A stretch of DNA of 64,000 bases from Naegleria gruberi (taxonomy: Eukaryota), in the NCBI GenBank assembly GCA_000004985.1, contig GG738872.1. One strand, 5' to 3'. Shown in pieces: positions 20,501-32,800 of this stretch. The notes beneath the pieces were generated by a model. That model was not told the origin of the DNA and did not search any database. It worked only from the letters and a program-made list of their open reading frames with translations. The translations under genes and the position numbers were made by a program. Each line of letters opens with the position of its first letter. Position 1 is the first letter of the stretch.

Positions 20501-23342
20501 TAAACCCAATTCCAATTTGGTCTTTGGATCAAGTGGAACAACCTTGATACTTTCTGGTTTTTGACAAGAGTAGTGAATATCAAGTTTGGTCAATGTTGGA
20601 AGAGCATCTTCAGCAGGAATATTGTGCTTAATTTCAACTGTCAAAATTTGCTTTCCAAAATCAAGACATGTAATAGAGAAGCTTCTCTTTCTGTACATGT
20701 CAGAAGCTCTGCTCTTTGAAACCTTGAGACGGTCTGGATCTTCAGTAACAATATTATCGACAATGACAGATTCTCCCTTAACGTAGCTATCCCATGGTTG
20801 TGGACCACCTTCAACACTCAATGAAGCAGTAGCACCCAAAGGAATGAGGAATACCTTGTATTTCTTTGGTGATGGTTCAGTGACAGCAAGTGGTGGGAAT
20901 ACAGCAACATTGGTCTTTTCTTGAATCTTTCCATTTTGATAACGGATCTTGACAGATGTGAAACCTTCTGAAATGGCATTAAGATAAATTTCAGCATCTA
21001 AATTCTTAGAAGATTTGCAAGATTGAGAGATAATATTGTAAACATTGGTATCAACAATGTTCCATTCAAAATTGAGACTAGAAATATTGTGGAAAACATT
21101 TCCATCAACATCTAAACCTTTAGCACGCAAACAGAGTGATTGAGATGGTACAACTTCTCTAGTACCCTTTTCAAAAACTAAACTATGCAATGGTGAAACA
21201 GAAACGGCACGAGCATCACCATTGTACAAGTTTTGTTGATCGAAAACAATGACATCAGCTTTACCATCCTTCTTGGCAACAAGAAGACCCAAAACAGAGT
21301 TGGCTTCCTTTTGAGATCTAATATCGAATGGTGAGACAGAAGGAGAAGATGAAGTCCATGAAAGCAAGCCACTTCCACCTTGAGCACTAAGAATAAACAT
21401 TTGTTCAACATTTCTATCACTTGGTAAATAAATAACTTCATCAGGAATATCAATCTTAACTCTAGGAAGGATAGAGATGGACTTGGTATGAGTGAGTTCA
21501 ATTTCGTCATTGTGTCCTGGGAAAATGTCAGAAGACAAGTCAGCAGTCTTCAATGTTACTCTCAAAACAACATCAGACAACTTTTTAGCTCTGACAACAA
21601 ACAAGTCTTCATTGGCAGATCTTTCAAGAATAGTGATTGGTTCACTGTCACTTGATTCAATTTCAAATTTAAATTTGAGATTCTCGGTAATATAAATCTT
21701 TTGATATTGTTGATCGAATAAATCAATCTTGACTTCATAGTCATTATCCAAAACGAGACTGGTATGTTCAGTATTGAGAGAATTCTTGAAATTTCTAACA
21801 ATATAATCATATCCTCTATAGAGTTGGAGTTTCTTAGGAGAAATATTAATCTTGATGAATGCTGGTTTGACAACATGAACGAGAGCAGTGGCTCTATTCA
21901 AAGCAAATGTAACATCCTCAACATTTACATTGGTATCACCGAGATCGAATGCCTTGAAAATACCCTTAGTTTTTTCAACTTCACCAACAGTACCATTACT
22001 TGATGACCAAGTATATTTGGCATCTGGCATGGCAATTTCCATTTGTGACTTTCCATTTTGTTTAATGAAGAGTTTGAATGGAATGACTGCACCTGGGATA
22101 ACTCTCAATTCAGTGTCTGGCTGTAATAAAAAGCTATCGACAACAGAAATAACAACACTATCTTGTAATACTTGAATTTCTCCTGTTGTTGTTCTGAGAG
22201 AGACGGATACCAAAACTTCACCAGATAACAATCCTCTAGCAACAATAACATCATGACTTCCGACACTTCTCTTGATTCTCTTCTTTTCATCAAAGAAATG
22301 AACAGATTCATCATTAATATCAATTAATTCAATGTTGCCTCTGTTGTTGTTAATATTATTATTATCATTAATAAAATTATTAAATGATGACAATGAAGTA
22401 CCATCAAAATTGAATAGATAGTAAAATATTTAGAAATACTATAAAAACTACTAATACATACTGCTTCTTTGAGGTCTTTAAACCTTCTTGTTTCCAAATA
22501 AAACTCAAACCTGTCAATGAGCTGAAAAGATTTCCTTCATTATCAAAGGCGTCAACTTGCAATGTTTCAAGTTCTCCAATAGTAAGCTTTCTCACAGTAG
22601 TTTGCAATTTAATCTTGTCAATAGAGGAGATGAAAACTTCACAACTAGCTGATGGAGATGATGATGTTTGAAGGGATGGTGGATATTTAGATGCTTTGAC
22701 AATAGCAACTCTGGTATTTGTGTTATGACCTTTTGGAATGACCTGTTGTTGTTGTTGTTGTTGTATAATATTATTATATTTCACACAACATTGTTATTAA
22801 TATTATTGTATTCCACACATTTTTGTCATCATCATAATATAATAATTTAATAATTGAAATTAAAATTCCATCAATTCGATCCATTAACAAATACTTACTT
22901 GAATTTCTTGAGAGCAACTAATAATTCTAGAATCATCAGAGGAAGAAGTCTCGATATTATCAACAGGAACCAATGATACTAAATCAGGATGGAGAGTACT
23001 CCAATAAAAACAATTTTGTTTGTCATCCTCGTTCAATCCTACAGTGTTGGCTTTCAATGTAATACCATCACTGTTCCATGTTATCAAAGCACTAACTCTG
23101 TTTAATAAAATTGGGGAATTTTTAGATGTTTCATGTTGGTAGGAAGGACGAGCGAGTGCTAAAAAGATGAGTGAAACAATAAAAATTACTACGAATGATG
23201 GCTTAACAAGAGATGATTTGGTTTGTCTTCTTGTAGCAGCAGCTATTAAATTCTCGCATTCATGATGTTTTGTATTCAATGTGGATTTTGACGAGTGCGA
23301 GAACCACATTTTTTTTCGAGGTTTTTTTGTTGAAGGTGGCAT
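17534..23342 (-). CDS. Large type I membrane glycoprotein, about 1,860 aa. It has Ig-like/BIG2-type repeats, a single C-terminal TM and a short cytosolic tail. Architecture and size resemble nuclear pore membrane glycoprotein gp210 (NUP210/Pom152-like). Three exons: 22900..23342, 22462..22742, 17537..22340.
   Basis: - Start codon: ATG at 23342 (an alternative start is the Met 11 codons downstream).
- Intron 1 donor: CAA|GTAAGT. Intron 1 acceptor: caacaacag|GTCATT.
- Intron 2 donor: AAGCA|GTATGT. Intron 2 acceptor: aacaacag|AGGCAAC (about 120 nt, Asn-codon-rich).
- C-terminus: GYLTYIILSLIIAVLGFVVYG, then a roughly 75-aa basic/Ser-rich tail.
- The gp210 identity is inferred from architecture, not from a recognised signature. 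Confidence 0.5.
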
Positions 23343-23478
23343 TTTTTAGATGCAACGAGTATAAAGCAAAAAGAGCGCGGCAATCACACTGTCAAATAAA
23401 AACAACTTTTCAACATAATGTAAATTACCACTCTGCAAACCAATAATAACAATCGTCACACAGGTTCAAGTCAACAAA

Positions 23479-24810
23479 TTATGCTTTATAATATAATTGT
23501 TGATTCATCTCGGTAGAATTGTCAAGTCCTTTCTTCATTGATCTCTTCATACAAAAATCGGTGAACAAGACAAGATAAACCAACACTGACAATACAATAA
23601 CAATTAATAACAGGAAGGCAATGATGGATACTGTTGGAGCGAGGATCAGAAGATAATTGACAGTCTCTGGATTTTTAACGAATTTCATCTTGATTTCTAC
23701 ACAACCCTTGCCTGAAATTCCCATGTAGAAAGTTTCTTCATCATCATGTCCATTGTAGAGGTAGGCAATTTCTGGACTCTTATCCTCAAATTCAATTTCA
23801 TTTTCATAATCAACAAATTCAGAGTCTCTGTAGAGAAGTGGTTTACCAATATTCATGTAAACATCAAATTCTTCACCTTCGTCCTTCTTGATGGAAAGAT
23901 AGGTTTGGCCTGGTACTTTGATGGAGAAGAGTTTTGGAACACCTTCAGACAAGCAAGCTTCAACTTCAACTTTCTTCTCTGCCTTGATATTGGAAACTTC
24001 TTCATATTGAACAAAGAAATATTCAGCAACTAAATACATATCATAATTGAAGAGTTTGTCATTCTTGAGAGCACATCTTGTTATTTCATCAACAGTACAA
24101 TCAACGACGAGGTAATTTTCAACACTTCCTCTCACTCTTGAGGGAATAATCATTGAGTTGCCAGTGATATAATCCTTGATGAGACAAGAGAAGGAACTAG
24201 AATTGACAAAAACCTTCTCACCTAAACTATCAACAAGTTCAACTTTTCTACTTCCCAGTGGTGTGAAAACATCTTCAGGAAGACGGAAAGTAAATTTGGT
24301 ATTGACTGGTTCGGTCACTACTGTCTTGGTTGCAACAGCAATGACAGGGTCCAATACAACAGTACTATTGATTGCTTTTGTGCTATTGGTTGAATTGTTC
24401 ATAAAACCATCAGAAATTACTGTTGCATTATTAGTACAATTCACACTTTCTGTGCAATTCAAAACTGGAGGAATCACTTGTTGTTGCCCGATAAAGTTCA
24501 AGCTCTTAATGATGGCATATTTGGAGGCAAGAGAACGTTCCAATGAATTGGAGCCTACTGTCATCATGAATTGAATTACTCTAGAATCGAGGCAAGTTGC
24601 GTTGAAACCAATATCAAAAGCACTCCTCGAATCTGTGTATGGTGGAAGACAGAATGTAAATGTTGGAAGAGCTCCGTTAGTTTGATTGGCTCCAATAGGA
24701 TTGAATTGAATTAATTGATTCATTGGAGAAAATACAGCCGCTGCTGGACTGGTCAAACAACAAACAAGTAAGGCGGTAATGGCTAACAGCAAGATATCGA
24801 CAACCTTCAT
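23479..24810 (-). CDS. Hypothetical type I membrane glycoprotein, 443 aa. It has a signal peptide, an N-glycosylation-site-rich ectodomain, a single TM and a short tail.
   Basis: Start codon is ATG at 24810. Signal peptide: MKVVDILLLAITALLVCCLTSPAAA. Many NxS/T sites. TM: LLILAPTVSIIAFLLLIVIVLSVLVYLVLF. No family recognised. Confidence 0.5.
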   Translation of the reverse strand: MKVVDILLLAITALLVCCLTSPAAAVFSPMNQLIQFNPIGANQTNGALPTFTFCLPPYTDSRSAFDIGFNATCLDSRVIQFMMTVGSNSLERSLASKYAIIKSLNFIGQQQVIPPVLNCTESVNCTNNATVISDGFMNNSTNSTKAINSTVVLDPVIAVATKTVVTEPVNTKFTFRLPEDVFTPLGSRKVELVDSLGEKVFVNSSSFSCLIKDYITGNSMIIPSRVRGSVENYLVVDCTVDEITRCALKNDKLFNYDMYLVAEYFFVQYEEVSNIKAEKKVEVEACLSEGVPKLFSIKVPGQTYLSIKKDEGEEFDVYMNIGKPLLYRDSEFVDYENEIEFEDKSPEIAYLYNGHDDEETFYMGISGKGCVEIKMKFVKNPETVNYLLILAPTVSIIAFLLLIVIVLSVLVYLVLFTDFCMKRSMKKGLDNSTEMNQQLYYKA

Positions 24811-25494
24811 GATAATTTAATAGAGGAAGAAGAGGAGGTGCAGTTCACACTTTTTGTCGTTTTTTAATGCTTGATATTGTGTAAACTTGTCTATCAAGAA
24901 AACCACAGCTTAGGAGCACTTCGTAATTCCCCACCATGTTAGGGAAAATTTCACGAAAACGACAATTTTCTTGAGGAGTCTCAACAGAATGGATAAGCTC
25001 TATTAAGGTCATGTAAAAGGACCAGAGTCAGTTAAATAATATGATTAAATATTTGAATAATTTATTGAAATGATAGGTTCTATTAGTAGTGGAATAATTG
25101 AAATAGTAATATTTAAACTACTCAAAGTGTATAATTGTTATTTATTTCTAACACTTGAGAATCAATTCTTCCTTAATTGAATCAAACCCTCTTTTGTCAA
25201 AACACCAAAGGTGATTATCAATAACTCTTAGTGGTCTAATTGTGTGATGGCCATGAGAGAACACCTTGAAACTACCAATGTTGCGCTACGTACCGTCACA
25301 CTACTTATTAAAATCGTAATAGAAAAATTATTAGAAGATTAAATATTGCGTTTTACCCAAACATCTCGATACCATCATTTATAGGAACAGGCCAAAAGGA
25401 AAAAATTCCTCCTCTTCTCCTGCACTATTTTCTTTAATACCAAATCAACAACATCTAGAAATTTTAGATATTTTGCTTAATTATCTTCGATTGA

Positions 25495-28400
25495 ATGGTC
25501 GGAACAAGAACAAAGAAGGAGCTGCTTGAATCATCAATGCAGAATTTATCTAGTTTTATTGCAGAGGCAGTACAGAGAGAGGAATCAACAAATACCTCTC
25601 TTATTCAAAACATGGTTCAACCAACAACAAGAACGTCATCTTTGCCAACATCACCACTCTCTACAACATCAAACAATAATCAACTTGCATCAAATTCTAC
25701 AATACCATCGTCATCATCATCAGCACATGTTTCCTTCAATACTCCGGATACCATAGAAAATATTTGCAAAAACCAATCATCTTCCAATAGGTTCAATAAT
25801 AATAATTTGATTATTAATACATCCATGATGGCGATGATGAATAACGAATATAATAACCAACCATCAACATCCACTCCAACAAGTCTTAAAGTAAGAACTA
25901 TTTCACCTCTCCACGATTCTCCACCTCCTTCATCCTCTAATTTTAGCAATAATAATAATATGGAAATGATAACAGCAAGTAGTAGAGGGTCGTACTCTAG
26001 AAGACAATCACCTTATGATCCATTTGCTCAACAATTATCTCTCTCACAATATACCTTACAATCATCAAAGAGTGTAAATACAAGCGTTAATAATAATAAT
26101 AATAATATGAATAACAACAACAACAATTCAATAAGGGATGAGAATGAACATCATCACCATCATCACCACCATCATGATCCATCGAAATGGGAACGAAAAC
26201 TGTTAGAAATTACCAGAGTAGCGTTCGTATCCATGCTAGGCTCCAAGAATAAGAGATTAAGCGAATGGACCTTGATGAATCAAATTTCGGAATCCTTAAC
26301 AGACATTACATCGAGTCAATTTTGCATCATTTTGAAAGCAGTTAATCCTCCTTCCCAACAACAAGAATCAAATTACAATACTAATTCACCAACTCATTCT
26401 CCTTCACCAACCACTAACAATCCACCAGATGTCAGTAATGATGTGCATTTACAAGTTATTGGAATTTATGGTATTGAAACAGAGGCTGCCAAATTGTTTG
26501 TAGCTCCATATAGACACAAGGTTCCAACAAGTGGACCTCATTCAATATTTGCCCATTGTTACAATAGACAACAAATTATTATTAATAATTTGAGTTCTAC
26601 AACTAATTTACCACCAGGACATCTTCCAATTTCCAACTCGATATGTGTTCCAATATGTTATGGAAAGGAATGTATCGGTGTAGTTTTACTATCTAATAGA
26701 TTTTCAGGATACAGAGAGGATATGGAAAAATCACTGGTCGCTTGGGCCCAATCCCTTGGTCAAATGTTGAAAATGTATGCTGTACTCTTTGAGAATGAAA
26801 CTGGCCAATCATTCTTTGACACATCTAATATCAACATGCCCCCTGTGACTGTAAATCCATATGGAAGCAAATTCAGGAGAGAGTATGGAGATTCACCAAT
26901 TTCTTGCATGCCTGGAAGACTTCCTCATCCTTTCGATTTCAATGCAAACCACATAAGAAGAGCATCCATTTCAAATATTCAAATCTCAAAACCTGCAGCT
27001 TATTTAGGAAAATTAGGAAAGTCTAAAAGCAGTGGGAATGTCTTTACTGTAAATGATAGAGTTAGTAGAAATAGTTCATTTAGCAGTGTTTGTAATGACA
27101 ATGATTCCGAAAGTGGTGAATGTAAAAAATCATTACGTATTGATGTTAGTAATGATGTTGATGGAATGGATCAAGACGAAAGAAGAGTCCCAAATAGAAA
27201 TTTTTCCGCTAGTCCTTGTAGTAGTGTTAGTAGCGTTTCAGATAGTCATGGTGAAGAGTATCAAGATCCAATTTCGCTATTTGAAGAAATTGAAAATGAA
27301 ATGCTAAAGTCGGCAGAGTTATCTCTGGCTCTATTTAAGGCAGTTCAAGACAGTATTTTAATTCTCGATCAAAATCTCAATATTACTACTATGAATCCAA
27401 GTGCAAAAAAATTCTTTGGTGTTTCTACTAATCAATCTCCGAATACTAGTATTCCCTATATGGGTAATGGATCTCAGATCATTTCAGTCAGAGATTTGAT
27501 TCCAGACAATTCTACTCAACATTTGAATTGGTCTGAAGTTTGTAAACCTAATGGAGTTAGTTGGTATAGAGGTAAGGCTCTGGCCAAATGTAGAAATAAT
27601 AACAACTTTGACAATAACAGGACAGCATCCGGTTTACTCATGGCCTCACACTCACCATCGACAACAGTAACAAACTATGTGGAACTTCTTTCAAATACAC
27701 CCCTCTCACCAAATACATCTGCAGGAACAATTTCTCCTACAGGAGTAGAGGATCATTCTATGAATAGGAAACAAGATTCCAGTCAAGATTTTAGTAGACT
27801 TGTACCAATTGCAATTTCTGTAACAAGTTTCTTTTTCAAGGAGGAGATTTACTTTTCTGTGACTGTAACTGATGAATCATCAAAGGAAGACATGAAAGAC
27901 AAGATGAAGTTTATCGCCTTCTTGAGCCACGAGTTGAGAAATCCAATTCAAGTGATTGTTTCAGGAGTTCAATGCCTAGTTGACATTTTCAAAGATAACG
28001 AAGATTCGGATGATATGGATAATGGAAAATCAATTATTAAGAGTATTTCATCATCTTCAGATTTCATTTCACACATTATCAATGACATGATTGATTTAAC
28101 AAAGTTGGAATCTGGTCACATGAAAGTAATTGAGTCATCATTTAATATTAGAGAGAAGGTAGAGCAAATAGTGGAAATGTTGAAAATTTATCAAGTAGAC
28201 AAGAATATTGACATCTCTTACCAAATAGATGACGCTGTTCCTCAAAATTTGTACTCTGATGCTACAAAACTTCAACAAATCATTCTAAACATAATGTCAA
28301 ACTCATGTAAATATACCAAGAGTGGAAGTGTTCGACTTGTATGCTCTTATGAAAACTTAACAGAAGATAACAAACCAAAAAAGAATATCATTTTCAAGAT

Positions 28401-29058
28401 TCAAGATACAGGTGTAGGAATTGAGAAGGAAGAAATCCCAAAGATTTTCAGAATTTACAGAAGACTGCACAGAAAGCAGCATGAAGTTTCTGGAAGTGGC
28501 ATAGGTCTTGCATTGTCTAAGCTTTTGTCAGACATATTGGGATGTACAATTAGAGTTGATTCTGAAAAGAATATAGGTACCACTTTCACAGTCATTGTCC
28601 CTCACCGATTGAATCCTAATGTACCGGAAACAGATCAAGAGCAACAGTTGCAAGAAGTGAAGAAACCTTCCCAAGAAATACCAATAGAGGAATTATTAAA
28701 AGATAAGAGAGCACTAGTCGTAGATGATAATGAGCTTATTAGAAAGCTTGTGAAGAATATGCTCAAAATGTGTAAATGTGAAGAAGCAGAAAATGGTCTA
28801 GAAGCTTTAAAGAAGTGTGAAGAACATGAATTTGATTTTATCATTTTAGATATTATCATGCCTCTAATTGATGGTTTTGAGGCAGCCAAAATTTTGAGAA
28901 ACGAACGTAAAGTCAAGACTCCAATTCTTGCATTGACAGGAAATTCACTGCAGGAAGAAATTGATGCCCTTCTTAAAATTGGTGTCAATAAGGTAATGAT
29001 CAAACCGATCAAAAGATTAGAACTATTCTCTGAATTGAGAGATGTACTAACTGAATAA
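25495..29058 (+). CDS. Hybrid sensor histidine kinase, 1,187 aa. It has an N-terminal low-complexity region (poly-N, His9), a GAF-like domain, a PAS-like domain, HisKA, HATPase_c and a C-terminal receiver domain.
   Basis: - Start codon: ATG at 25495.
- HisKA H-box: FIAFLSHELRNPIQ.
- N-box: LQQIILNIMSNSCKYT.
- G-boxes: IQDTGVGIEKEE ... GSGIGLALSKLL.
- Receiver domain: ALVVDDNELIRKLVKNMLK...FDFIILDIIMPLIDGFEA...ILALTGNSLQEEIDALLKIGVNKVMIKP. Confidence 0.85.
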   Translation: MVGTRTKKELLESSMQNLSSFIAEAVQREESTNTSLIQNMVQPTTRTSSLPTSPLSTTSNNNQLASNSTIPSSSSSAHVSFNTPDTIENICKNQSSSNRFNNNNLIINTSMMAMMNNEYNNQPSTSTPTSLKVRTISPLHDSPPPSSSNFSNNNNMEMITASSRGSYSRRQSPYDPFAQQLSLSQYTLQSSKSVNTSVNNNNNNMNNNNNNSIRDENEHHHHHHHHHDPSKWERKLLEITRVAFVSMLGSKNKRLSEWTLMNQISESLTDITSSQFCIILKAVNPPSQQQESNYNTNSPTHSPSPTTNNPPDVSNDVHLQVIGIYGIETEAAKLFVAPYRHKVPTSGPHSIFAHCYNRQQIIINNLSSTTNLPPGHLPISNSICVPICYGKECIGVVLLSNRFSGYREDMEKSLVAWAQSLGQMLKMYAVLFENETGQSFFDTSNINMPPVTVNPYGSKFRREYGDSPISCMPGRLPHPFDFNANHIRRASISNIQISKPAAYLGKLGKSKSSGNVFTVNDRVSRNSSFSSVCNDNDSESGECKKSLRIDVSNDVDGMDQDERRVPNRNFSASPCSSVSSVSDSHGEEYQDPISLFEEIENEMLKSAELSLALFKAVQDSILILDQNLNITTMNPSAKKFFGVSTNQSPNTSIPYMGNGSQIISVRDLIPDNSTQHLNWSEVCKPNGVSWYRGKALAKCRNNNNFDNNRTASGLLMASHSPSTTVTNYVELLSNTPLSPNTSAGTISPTGVEDHSMNRKQDSSQDFSRLVPIAISVTSFFFKEEIYFSVTVTDESSKEDMKDKMKFIAFLSHELRNPIQVIVSGVQCLVDIFKDNEDSDDMDNGKSIIKSISSSSDFISHIINDMIDLTKLESGHMKVIESSFNIREKVEQIVEMLKIYQVDKNIDISYQIDDAVPQNLYSDATKLQQIILNIMSNSCKYTKSGSVRLVCSYENLTEDNKPKKNIIFKIQDTGVGIEKEEIPKIFRIYRRLHRKQHEVSGSGIGLALSKLLSDILGCTIRVDSEKNIGTTFTVIVPHRLNPNVPETDQEQQLQEVKKPSQEIPIEELLKDKRALVVDDNELIRKLVKNMLKMCKCEEAENGLEALKKCEEHEFDFIILDIIMPLIDGFEAAKILRNERKVKTPILALTGNSLQEEIDALLKIGVNKVMIKPIKRLELFSELRDVLTE

Positions 29059-29219
29059 ACATAATCCTAACTTTATCTCAATTGAAGATGATTGAATTTT
29101 TAGATATTATAGTGCTATGTATTTCCAGCAAAGAGTTGTATGAATGTCACATTTTATATTGTGAATAGAAGAGCTTCTTTTTGTAGTAGATTTATCTTTC
29201 AGAAAATATAGTTGTTGGT

Positions 29220-29339
29220 GGCTACGGCCATATCACGATGAATGCACCTCATCCCGTCCGATTTGAGAAGTTAAGCATCGTCGAGCCACATCAGTACTGA
29301 GGTTGGAGACAACTTGGGAACCTGTGGTGCTGTAGTCTT
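29220..29339 (+). rRNA. 5S ribosomal RNA (solitary copy)
   Basis: - Sequence: GGCTACGGCCATATCACGATGAATGCACCTCATCCCGTCCGATTTGAGAAGTTAAGCATCG...GGTTGGAGACAACTTGGGAACCTGTGGTGCTGTAGTCTT.
- It matches the 5S consensus blocks: CTACGGCCATACCAC, CCCGTCCGATCTG, AAGTTAAGC and GGGAGACC...GGGAA...GGTGCTGTAGGCTT.
- Helix I pairs 5' GGCTACGGC with 3' GCTGTAGTC.
- Length is about 120 nt. Confidence 0.85.
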
Positions 29340-29342
29340 TTT
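29338..29342 (+). terminator. Pol III terminator T-run (TTTTT) at the 3' end of the 5S gene
   Basis: Read directly: gtagtcTTTTTg. Confidence 0.6.
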
Positions 29343-29820
29343 GTCTTATTGAACATCATTACTAAACCCTTTCCCATTGAGTATTGAGTGAATGGAAACG
29401 AATCAGATGAATAATCTTTATCATTGACATAGAATTTTAGCTCCTTACTGGGTATTCCAATTTGAAATTTCGATTTCACATCCAAATCCCAAAACGAAAC
29501 TGCACTAATCAACACAAATTTGTGCAGTGTTCTCTTAATATCCTCATCCAGATCAAGTTTAAAATGTTGTAACACTCCCTGAAATAATTTACAAGGACTG
29601 TAAAAACTAAAATCAATTTCACCTCCCTTATGTCTTTTCCTTTCTACCACTTCCGACCTATGCCATGGTGGAAATATTGAGAATTGATTATTTTGACAAG
29701 ACAATTTATTTTAACTCAATTTGTAAACTATTTAAAATTGATGAATCAATATTGAACTAAAAGTACAATATAAAACAGATAACGATTAAAATGGTTAGAT
29801 TTTCATTTAGATTGCGTTTT

Positions 29821-32800
29821 CTATTTGAAATAAGTGAGAGAAAGCAATTGTGATGCAGATGGTCTTTGTTTTGCATCTTTTTCTAACATTTTCAAAACTA
29901 TTCGAATCAATTCTTCAGAATATTCATTGTGTGTTGTTTCCTTCATTTGATTCGTCAAAATTTTAAGTGCATTCTCGGCTTGATTTCCCATTAGCAAGTT
30001 ACCAATCGATGTTGCTAGATCGTTGGTCATGATTTGATAGATTGAAATTCCCAAAGAGAAGATATCCGTGTTAAATGAATATGAACTTCCAAGTGCAACT
30101 TCAGGACTCATATCTGAAAGGTTTCGTTTAAAATTTTAGAATAAACAACTCTCAACTTACAGAAAGGAGTTCCTGCATAGGACTGACCCGACATTTCTTG
30201 ATACTTTTTAGCCAATCCAAAATCTGCCAATACAATTTCAATACTGTCACTTGACAGTTTCTTGATAAAAATATTAGTTGGCTTAATATCTCTGTGAATA
30301 ATTTCCATTTCTTCGTGAACGTATTTCAATGCGCTCAACATTTGTTTCAAAATTTGCTTTACAATCTCTTCCCCACAATTTTCTTGTTTCAATTTTGATA
30401 AATCTCCCAATTCATAAAAATCCATGTCAATAATCAACAAATTATCATTCGTAATGAAATAGTCATTAATTTTGATAATATTTGGATGTTTGGTATTACT
30501 TAATTGAGATGCTTCTTTCATAATTGTGTTCAAATCTGTCAATGATTCGAATTTAACAGTCTTGATTGCTTTCAATTTGTTTGTTTTTAAATCTCGCACT
30601 TTGTAAACACTTCCAAAAGCTCCTTGTCCAATTCTTGAAATATCACCATATCTGGAAAATGGATTCGATTGATCAGAGCCAGAAGATGATGAGATAATCA
30701 TTGAACTAATAGAAAGGAAGGTACTTTCCCAAAGTTCACCCTTTCTAGTTTCCAATTCAGCTATTTCACAATCCTCATGCTTTTTCTTCTTCTTTACCAA
30801 ACACATGAATATTACAACAATGAAAATTATCAATGCAAGAAGCAAAATCAAGACGAATACAACAACTATTGGTACGACAATGGCAATGATCAACCCAGTT
30901 GCTGTAAAATCCTGACTTTTCTGAATTTCACAAAACTCTCCTTCAAATCCACTCTTACATTGACAAATGTTAAAATCAGAACATTGTCCATTTCCATTAC
31001 AAACAGTTTCAGATATTGCTAATGTTCCATTACAAGTCAATTTGGAATCGCATGTATTATTCCAAGAATTATAGATGGAGTTTTCATCACGACAATAGGG
31101 ACTAACCTTTCGAATATAAGAATTGCCATCAATGAGAAAGATTTCTCCACTACTTTCGTCATAGTCAACTTGTCTTGAGAACAAAGTAAACATTGAATAG
31201 GTTCCAAATCCATCTCCATTGAATTTTGAGGCTTTAGATCTTGAACCAGCAATATCCAACAGTAATCCGCTTTGTTTCGAATACATTCGAATAATACAAG
31301 TACCAACACCATCCAAAATAATGATATCTCCATTCTTTTTCACATGGAAAGCAGAAGGATTGTCTAAGGATGATTGAAGTGCTGGAATTCCATCTCCTGA
31401 ATATCCTACTTGGAAATTACCAACTAGAGTTCTCAAATAAAAAGTAGTTTCGGATAACTTTTCGATTCGTCTAATGGATTCTGGCGTACAAAAATAGAAA
31501 TAACCATCTTGGTAGAGAAGATTTGTTATTTGTCCTGTACTTGTTTCGTTACTAATTATTCCATCAGAAGAAATTGGAATTCTATTTGAGAATGCAAATT
31601 CTAATGAAATTAATTGACTTTTCAGATTATATCTAATTATGGAAAAAGGTGTGGATAACAGTAAATCACCATTTGTATCATCAATGGTCATTCCAGTTAC
31701 AGTGTTAAATGCTGGACAAGGCGAATCAGTTCCCTTTACACCAATCAAAAACGAACCACACGACTTTCCAATAATTTTTTCGAAACTCATAGTTTCCGGG
31801 TCGATTCGAATAATTCTACAAATGTCCTTAATATAGATTTTTCCATCAAACTTGGAAAAGATTCCATAATTCCTAACCACATTTGGCAATATATTCAATG
31901 TTAAATAGGGTGTATCTATTGGAGCATTTTGGTTTGTAAACATTGAAGTACTGAGAGAGATTGACTTTCCACTAGTTTCGTCAAATTTCTTCAAAGTTCT
32001 ATTATCAATAAAGTAGATGATCTTCCTTGTTGAATCTCTCATTAAAATAAATGGGTTTAAAGTTCTGCTACTTGGGGTTATTCCAGCAATGGTTGCAATT
32101 TTTCTATTCGAAATTTCACTAATGTGAAAAAGATTCGTCACAATAATGCTCGAGTTTTGTCTGATAGCTGAAGGGAAATATCTTTTAAACGAGTTTCGTA
32201 TTGAATTTGAAATAAATTGAACACTTACAGAGCAGAATTTTCTATTGGAATATTCTCACCATTGAATCCAGTAATATGGAAGGGTTGAATATTATTCGAA
32301 ACATTGACTTGTAGGCCAGAAATTTTCTTCAGTGAACAGTTTTCCAATTGAAAATCATAGAGTTGACCTGCATTCCAAAAAAATAGAGCATTTTTACCAT
32401 TCTTGGAAATTCCATTAAAAGGAAAAGTTGTTGGAATTGGAATAGTAATAACTGACGTTGATCCATTCTTAAAATCGAGATATTCGTACAGAGTATTCAC
32501 AGCATTCGAATAGGAAAATATTGAATTACAATTAGGATATCTTAAATTTGGAAAAATACTAATTCCATCATTCCCTTTTTCTATAATTGGTAAAGTATAC
32601 AAAACAGTTGAATTTTGAACAGCTAGTACAAAATTAGGAGCATTTCTAACAAAAATTGTCGAATTGTCAAACGAATCTCCAACTGCAGCCAACAAGGAAG
32701 AAGAAATATATGGCGCGGTAGAAAATACAAATTTCAAAATTTGATTTTCCAAATTGAAATTGTAAATTCGACCACTATCACTATAAATTAATAAATCACC

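Noticed and set aside
17880-22323. About a dozen 60-110 aa ORFs inside and antisense to the gp210-like gene, for example 19027..19317 and 21178..21510
   Set aside because: Short alternative-frame ORFs are expected by chance in a 4.8 kb AT-rich exon. None has a recognisable motif.
29291-29704. 137-aa minus-strand ORF overlapping the 3' end of the 5S rRNA
   Set aside because: It begins at a TTG, not an ATG. The first in-frame Met is near its C-terminal end, at residue 110 of 137. It is antisense to 5S and no motif was recognised. Most likely spurious.
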